From positions 1 to 62,880 of the IMG/VR virus record IMGVR_UViG_3300038468_000027: a DNA stretch of 62,880 bases; one strand, written 5' to 3'. The translations under genes were made by a program, and so were the position numbers. Below, piece after piece: positions 44,563-54,855 of this stretch. A model generated the notes under the pieces. The model made no database searches and was not told the origin of the DNA. It was given only the letters and a program-made list of their open reading frames with translations. Positions within the stretch are counted from its first letter, which is position 1. Each line of letters opens with the position of its first letter. The DNA is from a virus.

Positions 44563-44912
44563 CCGCCTGGCTGCGCGCGGGAGGCGCAGGCGGTAACTAT
44601 TCCTGCGCAAAGTGTCAGGATAACCCGACGAATCGAGAGACGTGGGGATGTGACAGGCGGACGCGCATGGCATCCCCCACCTTCGCGGAGGACGTGGGAG
44701 ACGAGCGGCGAAAGTATTGGCGGTGTCCGGTGCGGTACATCCCGCGGTCTGTCGAGCAGTTCTTTGCCGAGTACGATTACGCCAAGGGGTTCCCCAATGC
44801 ACCGATGCCACCATACGACGAACTGAACCCGAGGTTTCGACAGGCGATGTTCTATTACGAACGACAGTACGTGATTGCGCTTGAGGAAGCGAGGAAGACC
44901 AATGGCCGATGA
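44125..44912 (+). CDS. Tail assembly chaperone frameshift product (gpGT-like; -1 shift at 44550..44556)
   Basis: The -1 frame is open from 44529 to 44912 and contains track ORF 44667..44912. Confidence 0.6.
44550..44556 (+). promoter_or_regulatory. Programmed -1 ribosomal frameshift slippery heptamer G_GGT_TTA
   Basis: X_XXY_YYZ in the gpG frame (codons GGT 44551, TTA 44554). Confidence 0.65.
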
Positions 44913-46452
44913 AACACTGGTGATGGAAGCTCGGCTCAAGGACTACATCTCCGGGGAGCTTGACAAGATATCTGGAAAGTTTCGTGGACTCGAAAGCTCA
45001 ACAAGATCGGCGGATCGAGCCACGCGAAGTCTTGGTGACGCCTACGCCAGCAAGTTTAGCGGACCGATGGTTCGTCGAATGATGAGCACCTTTTTGGGAT
45101 TTGGTGCAGTCTATAAAACCATATCATCATTGAGCAAGGGGCTAACTGATGCTGGCCTTGACACCGAGAGGTGGAACAAGGATTGGAGATCCATTTATGC
45201 AACCGTGGCGAACGAAGTGCTTCCTGAAGTTCAAACGCTGTTTGAATACGTTCATAGTAATGCTGGTCCAATTTCTACCACAATGTCGTCAATTGTCAAT
45301 TCGATAATGGCACCGTTTCGAGCCGTGACGGGGGCCGGGCTTCTTGCGAAAGCTGCGTGGTCCAGCCTGATTGCGGGCGCAAGAATTAAGGAAGATGATC
45401 TTCGGAAAAGACCCGGCGAATCTAATAGAGAATTTGTCCAGCGAGCAGAAGCGGCAAGAAAAATCGCCTATGGCGAAGCGAATGCCTACTATGATGCATG
45501 GAAGGAAGTTGCTGACAAACTAAAAGGAACGTTCTCGCCTTCCCCGCTGATTGAACCAAAAACCAAAGAAAAAAAAGAAAAGAGTTCGCTTGATCTTGGG
45601 AAGATTGACACGTCTTTTGTTATCACCGAACGCGAAAAAACCATTGGCGCACTTAGTGAAACGAGAACAAAGTACTATCAAGATCAGATACAATGGGCGC
45701 AGAAATCCGCCGACATAATTCAGGGCAAGGATACGGAGACGACTCGACTTGAGGAAGACAATCGAAAAAAGTTGCTTGAAGCTGTTGAGTGGGTAAATGA
45801 CGGAATCACGGCAAGCAATCAGCGAATGACGGACATGGACAAGCAACTTTCCGATGAGCGCATCGCCCAAGCCGAACGCGAGCGCGACGCCCGCATCAAC
45901 GCCGGATTGCAGATCGCCTCTTCGTTCTCGACTACCCTTGTGATGATGGGCCAGGCGGCAAAAGCATCCGCCGAGGAGATGAAGGCTATTCGCATAGCGG
46001 CGGCAATCATCGACGGCGCTGCCGCATCGGTCAGTGCCGTGCGCGCTACTATGCAATCGTCAATGTCATGGCAGGAGGCCACTGCGGTATCCGCTGTCAT
46101 GGTGGGACTTATCGCAGCACAAACGGCTGCACAAATCGCGATAATTGAGAACCAGTCCTTCCAGCACGGCGGAGTCGGCAAGGTGGTCCCAGGCTCCTCC
46201 CTGAGCGGCGACCACATGACGGCCAACGTGAACAGTGGGGAAATGGTGCTCACCCGGCAGATGCAGGTTGAGTTCATGGCCGCTCTGCGCGGGGGAGGAC
46301 TGCGGAACCAGGACCGCGGGCGATCGCAGATCGTATTCAACGTCGCTCCGGGCGCAACGGTTGATCGCAATTCCGTGAGAGATATCGAACGCATTCTTCT
46401 TCAGGCCGAACGCGAGGGCCGTCTTGAAACGGTGAAAGCGAAGTTGCGATAA
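44902..46452 (+). CDS. Tape measure protein
   Basis: Position, helical low-complexity sequence, hydrophobic Ala/Ile-rich segments. Confidence 0.75.
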   Translation: MADETLVMEARLKDYISGELDKISGKFRGLESSTRSADRATRSLGDAYASKFSGPMVRRMMSTFLGFGAVYKTISSLSKGLTDAGLDTERWNKDWRSIYATVANEVLPEVQTLFEYVHSNAGPISTTMSSIVNSIMAPFRAVTGAGLLAKAAWSSLIAGARIKEDDLRKRPGESNREFVQRAEAARKIAYGEANAYYDAWKEVADKLKGTFSPSPLIEPKTKEKKEKSSLDLGKIDTSFVITEREKTIGALSETRTKYYQDQIQWAQKSADIIQGKDTETTRLEEDNRKKLLEAVEWVNDGITASNQRMTDMDKQLSDERIAQAERERDARINAGLQIASSFSTTLVMMGQAAKASAEEMKAIRIAAAIIDGAAASVSAVRATMQSSMSWQEATAVSAVMVGLIAAQTAAQIAIIENQSFQHGGVGKVVPGSSLSGDHMTANVNSGEMVLTRQMQVEFMAALRGGGLRNQDRGRSQIVFNVAPGATVDRNSVRDIERILLQAEREGRLETVKAKLR

Positions 46453-47309
46453 TGCCGACTGACGGAAAAATCACGCTTGACAACGGCCTATGGACCATAG
46501 AGGTTGCTGCGCCAATTTTCGGTTACAAAAGCACGCTGGATCTTCCGCTCGACGTGGTCCGCCTGGACAACGGGTCCTATGCTACAAGATGCGAGGAATC
46601 TACATACGACAAGCGGTGGTGCGACTGCACTCTCGAACTCAGCGCGGCAGAGATGGCAACGCTCAGTGATTTCCTGCGTGACGTGAATCTCGAAGGTAGC
46701 GGGGCGCGCGCGGAGGACGTAACGCTGACCATGCCGGCTGACTCCGGATTCTTCCCATTCGGTCCGGACAAGGGCGATGCCGGCCCGTTCACCGTGGCTG
46801 TTGAGATGCTGGACTCGGGAGGAGTCACCGGGGCGCCATACGGTCACTTCCGGCCGAGGCTGCGTCTGACCAATACCGGGGCGTTCCCGGCGTACACCCT
46901 CCCCACGCAGATCAATGACGGACCTATCGTGTTCGGCACGGTCACGGCCTGCCGGTTCCCGCAGGACTACTTTCAGCCAGCGGCCGATTACGGGTATGAC
47001 GCAACAATGCTTGAGGACTCGGATGTGGAGTGGGTGGACAGATCGACCACGGCGGACTCATATACCGTGACGTGGCCGTGGAGTGGAAACGAATCGAAGA
47101 GCGCCGCGGTGCTGGCGTACATCGCCGGGACAGTGCGTGCCGCGTCGTTCCCGCTGATCGTCCCTGCCGGATGTTACATATTCGGAATTGACAAGTCATC
47201 AAGTGGTGCGTACTCTGTGAAGATGATTCGCGGGAACATCGAGGTCACGCACACGCGGCATAATGAGTTCTACTTTGAGATCGAGCTTTCACACGTTGGC
47301 GGTCCATGA
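46452..47309 (+). CDS. Distal tail protein candidate
   Basis: Position immediately after the tape measure gene. Confidence 0.45.
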   Translation: MPTDGKITLDNGLWTIEVAAPIFGYKSTLDLPLDVVRLDNGSYATRCEESTYDKRWCDCTLELSAAEMATLSDFLRDVNLEGSGARAEDVTLTMPADSGFFPFGPDKGDAGPFTVAVEMLDSGGVTGAPYGHFRPRLRLTNTGAFPAYTLPTQINDGPIVFGTVTACRFPQDYFQPAADYGYDATMLEDSDVEWVDRSTTADSYTVTWPWSGNESKSAAVLAYIAGTVRAASFPLIVPAGCYIFGIDKSSSGAYSVKMIRGNIEVTHTRHNEFYFEIELSHVGGP

Positions 47310-50300
47310 TGGCAACTCAGATTTTCGGTATCAAAATCATACTGGATGACTACACGCGCAGCGCCGTGGTCGCGGCAGATGCCAGCATTGGACTGTACAA
47401 CGTGGCGTCCGCCAATAGCGAGCTCAGGTGGTATCAGGCCGACATATCAGGACTCTCACCTGACTGGTGCGAGACCATGATTGCCGAGAAGGGTATCGGA
47501 AAATACAGTCGTGAAATCAAACTGGACGACGGTGGGAACATCGCGCAGCCTGGGACCGCTTCGGTGATAGTAAAGAATACCGCGAAGTTCGATAACACCA
47601 TCAAGGGATTGTCGATCTACTTGCAGGGGTGCGCGTTCGAGGTATGGCTGTTCACAGACTCCACCCCGGCGCGGCAATGGAGCGGGATCATTGACGGAAT
47701 AGAGCGCACGGCTAGGACGTACACCATCAGCGCCAAGGGTTTCCACGAGAAGCGCATTGCGAATATCGGAACGCTGATAACAGACTCGGCCTATTCCAAT
47801 CCCGAGAGCCAAGGGACGATGATACCCGTCAGCTTCGGCAAGTTCGTGCCGGAGTTCGACGGAGAAGACGCGCTGCGGAACACCTATGCAAAGTTCGTGC
47901 GAACGAACAACGAGCGGTCGATATTCCAAATCTCCCATGTAATGACGCTGGACGTTGGGACTGTCATACGCCTAACATGCGCAGGATCAGCGGCAGGAAG
48001 AATGTCCTTTCCGATTATCGGAAACGATGGCGACGACCCACCAATCATGTACAAAATGCAAATACTTGATGACGACCCAACCGAGGTTGCAACGTGGACG
48101 CAGGCCGGATTGCCGATAAGCGGGACGTATTCATTGGACTATTTTGTTGGGAAATATATCCATGTTGTAAAGGGTACGGGTGAAGGACAGTACAGAAAGA
48201 TCAGTGCGGCCCAAGTTATCATTGATACCGATGCAATCAACACGCGCACCATTGAATTGACACTCGCAAACTATTTCCCGGATACACTTGCCGGGAATAG
48301 CACGGCTACCGCCTCTGGTCAATCGTGGGTTCAGATCGAGACGATCAACATGGACTTCGAGTGTGACAAATGGCCCTGTAAAGACTTCCTTGATATCGAT
48401 GGAGCAAGCGCAACGCTACCGGATATTTTTGGGTATGGCTCGAAGCAATCTAGCACTACCGATGCAGATGACAAAGTGACAATACACAACTCGCAGAAAA
48501 TGTTTTATGAGATACCAAAATATGCATTCGAGGAAATCGGAAGTTCGAACAACGGTCTTACTCTAAGGGACAAATTCGGCAAAGGCGATGTTGACACCAT
48601 CTACAGCCATAGTATCATTCCGTTCGACAGCATTGAGCCATACAGTGGTGCCTTGACGAGATGGAAGCTATCATCCGGTGATAATGTGTTTCATGACTTT
48701 CATGAGAAAGAAGATGGAATATACACATCTATTGATGATATCTCTCTCGTGAGTGCGCGATTCATTCCGAGCGCAAATTACTATAGCAGTACAGAGCGGG
48801 CAAAATGCTTGGATAGGGATCTCGCTACGTCTTGGGGTTTTACCGTTGACACGTTTTACCCAGGCGATGTTAGCCTTGGGTTGGCGCTTAAGCTGAAGTT
48901 TCCACAAATAAAGCAAAACGTTGATTTTGACAGCGTCGCTTTTATGATAGCTTTGACTTGCTCTTGCGGAGGGTTTGTCGATGGAGAATTGTACGAAAGT
49001 GGTACTGGCGTCAAATTAAGAGCGAAGCCATGGAAAGGGTATTCTGCCTTTGCGTTGGTAGAATCAGATGGGGATGATTTTTGGTTTCCAACACCATTTC
49101 TTCCTCTTGATGGCGGATTTCTTTATTCCTATCTCGATCAATATTGCGGTGGATCTTCTAACAATAAATATTTTTATTACGTCAATCCTGTTTCTGGAAA
49201 CAATGACGACCAGGTACTTGGGGGAATAGAAAGATACAAGATTGACGGCATTGATGATGTTGCCAAGTATCGCACGCTGCAAAACGCGCTTATTTGGCTT
49301 TACGTTCATTATTTCCTTACCGGGGTTGATGATCCGTCATTGACGGTAAACCTGTTTGAATGTGCTGTGGTTTTTCTCAAAACACTCAGCATTTCCGAAG
49401 CCATCTACGCCACCTGTTCCGCCCGCATCTACAACGACACCTGGGGATCACGCAAGACCGCGGCTGACCTCATGGAGTCACCTCTCGACGTCCTGGAGCA
49501 CGTTTGCCGGCTACAAAACTGGTATGAGGTCGGCGCCATGCCGGCCGGCGGATGGGGCAAGGCCTATGCTTCCGGGGCGCTGGTCAAGACCACGGGCGAC
49601 GGCAGCTTCGACGCATCAGACGGATACCTGGAGGTGGTGCGCAACTTCCGCACGGCATTTCAGGTTCTGGATTACAGCGAGGCGTACACGGACAAAATCA
49701 AGCGGACACTCTGCCGCAACTTTCACCTTGCTTCATGGGTGGACAAGGACGGCAAGGAGTGCGTGAAGCGCATCGTGAAGCCACAGGATGCATCTACGGA
49801 TACGATTGCGCTCGGTGACATCATCGACCGCAGGCAGATTAAGGTCACGGACCCCGAGGCGTCCACGATATACCCAGAGCCGTTTGTGCGGTACAACTAC
49901 AACTCGGCCACGGGAAAATACGACAGCGCCATCAGGATCACGCAAAGCGCGGCGGCAACGTGGTCCGAGGCGTACACCGAGGGATTAGACGGTGGAGAGT
50001 CGGAGGAGTATTGGGGGCGCTGCCATGCGCTCTGGGCGAAGTGCAAGCAGATCAACAACCCGCCGAGTGACCTCACGGACCTGCGGTACATCGGCGGACA
50101 AGATGCTGACGCTATGGCGAAGGAGTATTTGACCAACTGGATTGACTGGATGTTCAATCCGTCCATCGAGTTCTCGGTACATTTCAACAAGGCCGGCGCA
50201 TGGGAAGAGTGTCATCGATTCATTCTCAATTTGCCACATCAGACAAACGCCGCAAACATCGAGTGCATGGTAACGGAGATTGAAGTCAATCCAAACGCGC

Positions 50301-50455
50301 CGTATGACGTTCGCATTAAGGCAATTATGTACTCCGAGACTATCCCGGAGGACTTCAACATACAGAAGACGCTAGATGATTTGACCGGAGAAGCCGAGTG
50401 GATCAAGTCGCTCGACGCTCAAGGCGGAACAAACGACATACAGAAAGTGAACTAA
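47306..50455 (+). CDS. Large tail tip / baseplate hub protein candidate
   Basis: Position and size (1049 aa). Confidence 0.5.
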   Translation: MMATQIFGIKIILDDYTRSAVVAADASIGLYNVASANSELRWYQADISGLSPDWCETMIAEKGIGKYSREIKLDDGGNIAQPGTASVIVKNTAKFDNTIKGLSIYLQGCAFEVWLFTDSTPARQWSGIIDGIERTARTYTISAKGFHEKRIANIGTLITDSAYSNPESQGTMIPVSFGKFVPEFDGEDALRNTYAKFVRTNNERSIFQISHVMTLDVGTVIRLTCAGSAAGRMSFPIIGNDGDDPPIMYKMQILDDDPTEVATWTQAGLPISGTYSLDYFVGKYIHVVKGTGEGQYRKISAAQVIIDTDAINTRTIELTLANYFPDTLAGNSTATASGQSWVQIETINMDFECDKWPCKDFLDIDGASATLPDIFGYGSKQSSTTDADDKVTIHNSQKMFYEIPKYAFEEIGSSNNGLTLRDKFGKGDVDTIYSHSIIPFDSIEPYSGALTRWKLSSGDNVFHDFHEKEDGIYTSIDDISLVSARFIPSANYYSSTERAKCLDRDLATSWGFTVDTFYPGDVSLGLALKLKFPQIKQNVDFDSVAFMIALTCSCGGFVDGELYESGTGVKLRAKPWKGYSAFALVESDGDDFWFPTPFLPLDGGFLYSYLDQYCGGSSNNKYFYYVNPVSGNNDDQVLGGIERYKIDGIDDVAKYRTLQNALIWLYVHYFLTGVDDPSLTVNLFECAVVFLKTLSISEAIYATCSARIYNDTWGSRKTAADLMESPLDVLEHVCRLQNWYEVGAMPAGGWGKAYASGALVKTTGDGSFDASDGYLEVVRNFRTAFQVLDYSEAYTDKIKRTLCRNFHLASWVDKDGKECVKRIVKPQDASTDTIALGDIIDRRQIKVTDPEASTIYPEPFVRYNYNSATGKYDSAIRITQSAAATWSEAYTEGLDGGESEEYWGRCHALWAKCKQINNPPSDLTDLRYIGGQDADAMAKEYLTNWIDWMFNPSIEFSVHFNKAGAWEECHRFILNLPHQTNAANIECMVTEIEVNPNAPYDVRIKAIMYSETIPEDFNIQKTLDDLTGEAEWIKSLDAQGGTNDIQKVN

Positions 50456-50456
50456 T

Positions 50457-52424
50457 ATGTCAACCACAAAGCATATCGCCGAAGTCGATTGTACATGGGC
50501 GACATTTCTTTCTGACGCCGACGAAAACCAGGACGGTTTCATCAATGACCAGGGCATGGTCATGGCTCTATACGACGGCTCAGACTACTACCAGTGGCAA
50601 CCGAACAGGTCATGGGACGGCGCGGCGTGGACCTACTACGACGTGACGTATGACGACATCACGACCGTCGGTGATTTGACGGTCGGTGACGACGCGTGGG
50701 TCACCGGGGACATAGGCATCGGCACGACATCGCCATCGGCATATCTGGACATCGAAAAGGCCGGAACCGTAACTGCCGTGACCGACTTTCTTGAGTTGAC
50801 CAACACGGTCAACGCGGCCACTGGCGACGGCGGCATGATTGGCACCGGAACCGGGATTCTGTGGAAGCAGTATTACTATGATGCCGTGACACCCGCTGCG
50901 GTGGATGCGTGCAGGATTGCGTATGTGACAAAGGCCGATTGGACTTCATCAGCAATTACGCAGGATGGATATTTGTCAACTTCATTGGCATGTGACGGTG
51001 TTCTTACTGAAATGCTTCGTATAACTAGTGATGTAACTAGTGAGGCGTTTAGTCTGCGAGATAAGGAACCACTTTGGGACAGTGATAATGAGCGGGCATC
51101 AATGGGTATGGTTGATGGAGAATATGCGAATATTGGAAGATCGAGTAAAACAACTGGAGGACTTCGACTGACTGGTGCGAGCGACGCAAATACAGGAATC
51201 CAATTGTATTCAAAAGCAACTGGTGAAAGCGCCACACAGGCGAGCCTCATAATGCAGAGCGCGATTGCTGATGGGGCTGGTGCGCTGACTGCACTTGCTG
51301 GAACCTCACAGCTTCTTTCGGTGGTGAATAGCACGACGCGCTTTGCCATCTACGGCGACGGCGAAATCCAGCAGCACGATCCTGGCGTCGGTCACGGCAT
51401 GACTAACCTCCTGCCGACGACGGCGTACTCCTCTCTCGGGCCGTGTGACGACGCGCATCCCCAATACGGCGGACTGCGGATCATCGGCGCGAGTAATAGC
51501 GTTACTGAGCCTGGTCTGAAGATTTACGGGATACGATCAACTAACTGCGCGTCAACTGATTACATCCGCCTAATTGCTGGTGTAGCAAGCGGGCTAGACA
51601 TCACAAACATCGATTCCAGTGAATACGCGCTGAGGATGCTGAACGCATCGGATCAACTTTTCGGCATCTACGGCGACGGCAACATCGTGATCGGCAACGG
51701 GGCAGCGGGACATGATTACGTAACCACTTGGAATGGAGAGACGCACGAAGGCACGTTGACATACATGGAGGATGAGGACCGATTCGACTTCAATAACGAC
51801 CTACACGTTACAAACGCTCTCGGCGTCGGGGCCAGCACGCCCACGACGGCGGGAAGGATACAGTGCAGTGAGGCGCTTTATGCAGGAGACAACGCATATC
51901 TTGACACCGTCTCACTCAACATTAACAGAAATACAAATAATCCAGTAGTCTATCTGACTACTTACAGTGCAACCGCCACTCGACATGGAGAATTGTACCT
52001 AGCTCATTATCGTGGATCGATAGGATCTCCATCAAACAACAGTGCTGATGATGTTCTTGGTATTGTTTCATTTTACGGTTATACCGATGCTCCAAAATGT
52101 GCAGCGGACATCGTGGGATACGCAGATACTGGATGGGGAACGACTGGTAATGACGCCCCTGGGAAATTGATTCTCAGGACATGCTCAGACGGCAACGCAA
52201 CATTAGTCCCAAGGTTGACGGTTGGAAGCGACGGCGCAATAACCGTTGCCGGCGCATTTGGCTGTAACGGCGCGACCGCACAGACCGCATACGCCAGCGG
52301 CGGCGCACTTGCCGCATACGGCGCGGGAACCAATGGCCTCGACTCTGGAGCGAATATGAGTGCTCTGCATGCGCTTGTTGTTGCGATGCGCGCGGCACTC
52401 GTAGCAAATGGGATTATGTCATGA
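50457..52424 (+). CDS. Tail fiber / receptor-binding protein candidate
   Basis: Position; Gly/Thr/Ala-rich repetitive beta-like sequence. Confidence 0.5.
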   Translation: MSTTKHIAEVDCTWATFLSDADENQDGFINDQGMVMALYDGSDYYQWQPNRSWDGAAWTYYDVTYDDITTVGDLTVGDDAWVTGDIGIGTTSPSAYLDIEKAGTVTAVTDFLELTNTVNAATGDGGMIGTGTGILWKQYYYDAVTPAAVDACRIAYVTKADWTSSAITQDGYLSTSLACDGVLTEMLRITSDVTSEAFSLRDKEPLWDSDNERASMGMVDGEYANIGRSSKTTGGLRLTGASDANTGIQLYSKATGESATQASLIMQSAIADGAGALTALAGTSQLLSVVNSTTRFAIYGDGEIQQHDPGVGHGMTNLLPTTAYSSLGPCDDAHPQYGGLRIIGASNSVTEPGLKIYGIRSTNCASTDYIRLIAGVASGLDITNIDSSEYALRMLNASDQLFGIYGDGNIVIGNGAAGHDYVTTWNGETHEGTLTYMEDEDRFDFNNDLHVTNALGVGASTPTTAGRIQCSEALYAGDNAYLDTVSLNINRNTNNPVVYLTTYSATATRHGELYLAHYRGSIGSPSNNSADDVLGIVSFYGYTDAPKCAADIVGYADTGWGTTGNDAPGKLILRTCSDGNATLVPRLTVGSDGAITVAGAFGCNGATAQTAYASGGALAAYGAGTNGLDSGANMSALHALVVAMRAALVANGIMS

Positions 52425-52915
52425 CCGTACTAATCCCTCTCGCCCCCGGCACCACGCCGCACCCGGAGACGCTGGCGTCGATTGATCGCCAGGCCATCCC
52501 GTGCGAGGTGGTCACGCGGTCACTGCCGTATCGCGTGCGTCCGTCACAGCGGTTGATGCGGAAGAGGGTCAACGAATGCGACAACCGGAACGCGCTGATG
52601 GCAGAGGCGTCGCGACCGTATTTCGCGATGCTGAACCACAACGTAAAGCTGAGTAGTAGTCACGACATGGCGGATTGCGTGTCGTTTCTACAAACGCACC
52701 CCGAGTGGGACGTCGTGGCGCTCAACACGAAACGCGGACAGAACATTGCCAAAACCGAGAAGCAAGGCCATGTTGTCAACGCCTGCATCGTGTTCCGCGC
52801 AAGCGCAATGGCAGGATTTTTGTGGGAGGTGGACGAGAACCATTGCTCGTGCTGGAAGATCAACGAGAAGAAAATCAGATATCTTGACAACAGACAACTG
52901 AGAGAGGCCGAATAA
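52421..52915 (+). CDS. Hypothetical protein, weak GT-A-like N-terminus
   Basis: MTVLIPLAPG...ETLASIDRQ resembles the start of GT2 enzymes. Weak call. Confidence 0.4.
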   Translation: MTVLIPLAPGTTPHPETLASIDRQAIPCEVVTRSLPYRVRPSQRLMRKRVNECDNRNALMAEASRPYFAMLNHNVKLSSSHDMADCVSFLQTHPEWDVVALNTKRGQNIAKTEKQGHVVNACIVFRASAMAGFLWEVDENHCSCWKINEKKIRYLDNRQLREAE

Positions 52916-52937
52916 CCACCAATCATGGGGAGGAAGC

Positions 52938-53300
52938 GTGTCCAAGCATTTTCGCATCAAGTTCAGCCCGCCGGAGATCGAGATCGATGTGGTAACAGAA
53001 GAGGGTATCAAAAAACTCTCGGTGCGGAAAATCGAACGACAGATGCTCTGCAATCTATTCGACACCTTTGGGGCTCACGCAAAAACGATCCGCGAGCAGA
53101 GGATCGCAGCCGACAATTGGGCTAACGTGGACGCCGTTCCTCTGGATACGCCCGAGGCATCAGTACTTCTCACCGAAGACGACCACAAGCAATTGGTCAA
53201 GGCGCATGAGATTTCCGCAGGCAGTCGACCCCACGTGTGGAGCAGGTGCCGGGAAATGATCGCGCAGCTTGAGAATCCGACGGAAGAGGACGTGAAGTAG
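52938..53300 (+). CDS. Hypothetical protein
   Basis: GGGGAGG upstream of GTG 52938. Confidence 0.55.
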   Translation: MSKHFRIKFSPPEIEIDVVTEEGIKKLSVRKIERQMLCNLFDTFGAHAKTIREQRIAADNWANVDAVPLDTPEASVLLTEDDHKQLVKAHEISAGSRPHVWSRCREMIAQLENPTEEDVK

Positions 53301-53330
53301 TCCGTCCGTCGCCCGCGCGTTCAGTTCATC

Positions 53331-53360
53331 AGGCCCCGCCTTTGCTGGGCCTTTTTTGTT
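53331..53360 (+). terminator. Rho-independent terminator
   Basis: AGGCCC-(10 nt)-GGGCCT followed by TTTTTGTTT. Confidence 0.7.
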
Positions 53361-53375
53361 TGGTTGGGGTGGGTA

Positions 53376-53404
53376 TTGACTTTTTTTGCCCGGCAATGTA
53401 TATT
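53376..53404 (+). promoter_or_regulatory. Sigma70-like promoter TTGACT-N17-TATATT
   Basis: Read from the sequence, directly after the terminator. Confidence 0.65.
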
Positions 53405-53465
53405 TAATGCCAGGACGATAGTTTTGGTGTATATTTAGAGAAACAACAACGGGAGCACCAAGCCA

Positions 53466-53795
53466 ATGCCGAAGCCCAACGATCGATCCGACACTCACGA
53501 GGTCCGTTTTAGGGCCGCCAATGCCTCTCCTGTAGCATCCCAGCGACTGATCGATATGCAGGCGGCCGCAGAATCAGCCCCCACATCTACCGGCCGTAGG
53601 AATGCTCTTTTGCATGTTTCAGGACATAAGCTCTCAGCGAGCGCCGCCATATCCGTGAAGTGCTGGGACTGCTGCGGCCACTACGTAGACGGTCGCGATG
53701 ACTGTCTGGTGCCGTGGTGTCCGCTGTACCCGTGGATGCCATACGGCACGATGCGGAAACGATACATCCGGAAAGATCGCCAACCACCAACCTAA
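53466..53795 (+). CDS. Cys-rich small protein
   Basis: CWDCCGHYVDGRDDCLVPWCPLYPWMPYG. Confidence 0.55.
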   Translation: MPKPNDRSDTHEVRFRAANASPVASQRLIDMQAAAESAPTSTGRRNALLHVSGHKLSASAAISVKCWDCCGHYVDGRDDCLVPWCPLYPWMPYGTMRKRYIRKDRQPPT

Positions 53796-53811
53796 TCGAA
53801 AGGGGCACAGC

Positions 53812-54855
53812 ATGACGACAGCATTGTCGGTTGCGCTCGGGACAAGCGCGCCGGAACAGAAACCGCCGCAACTGCCGGTACTGAGGGGAAGCCTCGATCT
53901 CTTTGAGGGATCAACCGCATCAAAGGTGATGGACCTCGCGGACCTCGTGTCGAAGAGTGCACTCATCCCGGAGCACTTTCGGGGAAAGCCGTCGGACTGT
54001 TTCATTGCCCTTTATCGGGCGCATCGCCTCGGGTGCGATCCGTTCGGCTTCATGGAGCAGACCTACGTCGTAAAGGGCAAGCTCGGGTACATGGGGCAAC
54101 TCATCATTGCCGTGCTCAATAACTCCGGCAAGTTTTCCACCCCGATTGCATTCGAGTACAGCGACGGCCCGACGATCCGCGCCGCGGGGAAGGACCGTCC
54201 TGATCGGATTTGCAGGGCCACAGCCACGCTCAAGGCGAGTGGCGCAGTCGTGACGACTACGGTGAGTCTTGGCATGGCAGTAGAGAACGGATGGGATCAG
54301 ACGCCGACCACCGGCAAACAGTGGCATACGCTGACTGACCTGCGCCTCGCGTACAGGGCCTCCACCTTTCTGGGCAGGTTGTACGCCCCGGATGTGGTTC
54401 TCGGGATGCAGGCCACGGACGAGCTTGAGGACATTTCCGACGGTTCCTACACCGATCCGTCGAAGCCCGGAAAGCCCCTATTCCCCTCCGTCTCCGACGT
54501 TTCCAAGACCACGCCCGCGCCGGTTCCAGCCACCCAACCCCCAAATCCTGCGCCTGACACGCCCCCGCTGGGCGCTGTCGTAGCTCCGGGGCCTGAGGCC
54601 GGCAACGGCACCCCCGCCCCCGAGCCGACGCTGGAGGCCAAAAGAGCGGCCTTCCTTGAGGTCTACGGCACCGACGCCGAGCATGACATGGCGATCAGAT
54701 TCTTCCGCCAGAAGGAGTGGATCCCGAAAGGCGGGGTGCTGAGCGACATGGACGACGGGCACATCGACCGCGCCTACAAGACGCGCGAGGAACTTCTGCG
54801 GTTCTACACCGCATGGAAAAAGACGGCGAAACCGGAGAATGGGGGCGCAAAATGA
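53812..54855 (+). CDS. recT: RecT-family single-strand annealing protein
   Basis: SKSALIPEHFRGKPSDCFIALYRAHRLGCDPFGFMEQTYVVKGKLGYMGQLIIAVL; Pro-rich acidic C-terminal tail. Confidence 0.7.
   Translation: MTTALSVALGTSAPEQKPPQLPVLRGSLDLFEGSTASKVMDLADLVSKSALIPEHFRGKPSDCFIALYRAHRLGCDPFGFMEQTYVVKGKLGYMGQLIIAVLNNSGKFSTPIAFEYSDGPTIRAAGKDRPDRICRATATLKASGAVVTTTVSLGMAVENGWDQTPTTGKQWHTLTDLRLAYRASTFLGRLYAPDVVLGMQATDELEDISDGSYTDPSKPGKPLFPSVSDVSKTTPAPVPATQPPNPAPDTPPLGAVVAPGPEAGNGTPAPEPTLEAKRAAFLEVYGTDAEHDMAIRFFRQKEWIPKGGVLSDMDDGHIDRAYKTREELLRFYTAWKKTAKPENGGAK

Noticed and set aside
44667-44912. Stand-alone 81-aa gene from the ORF track
   Set aside because: There is no RBS and a 105-nt apparent gap after the chaperone gene. 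The frame is open back to 44529 and is reached by the GGGTTTA -1 slip, so it is annotated as the T part of a G-T fusion.
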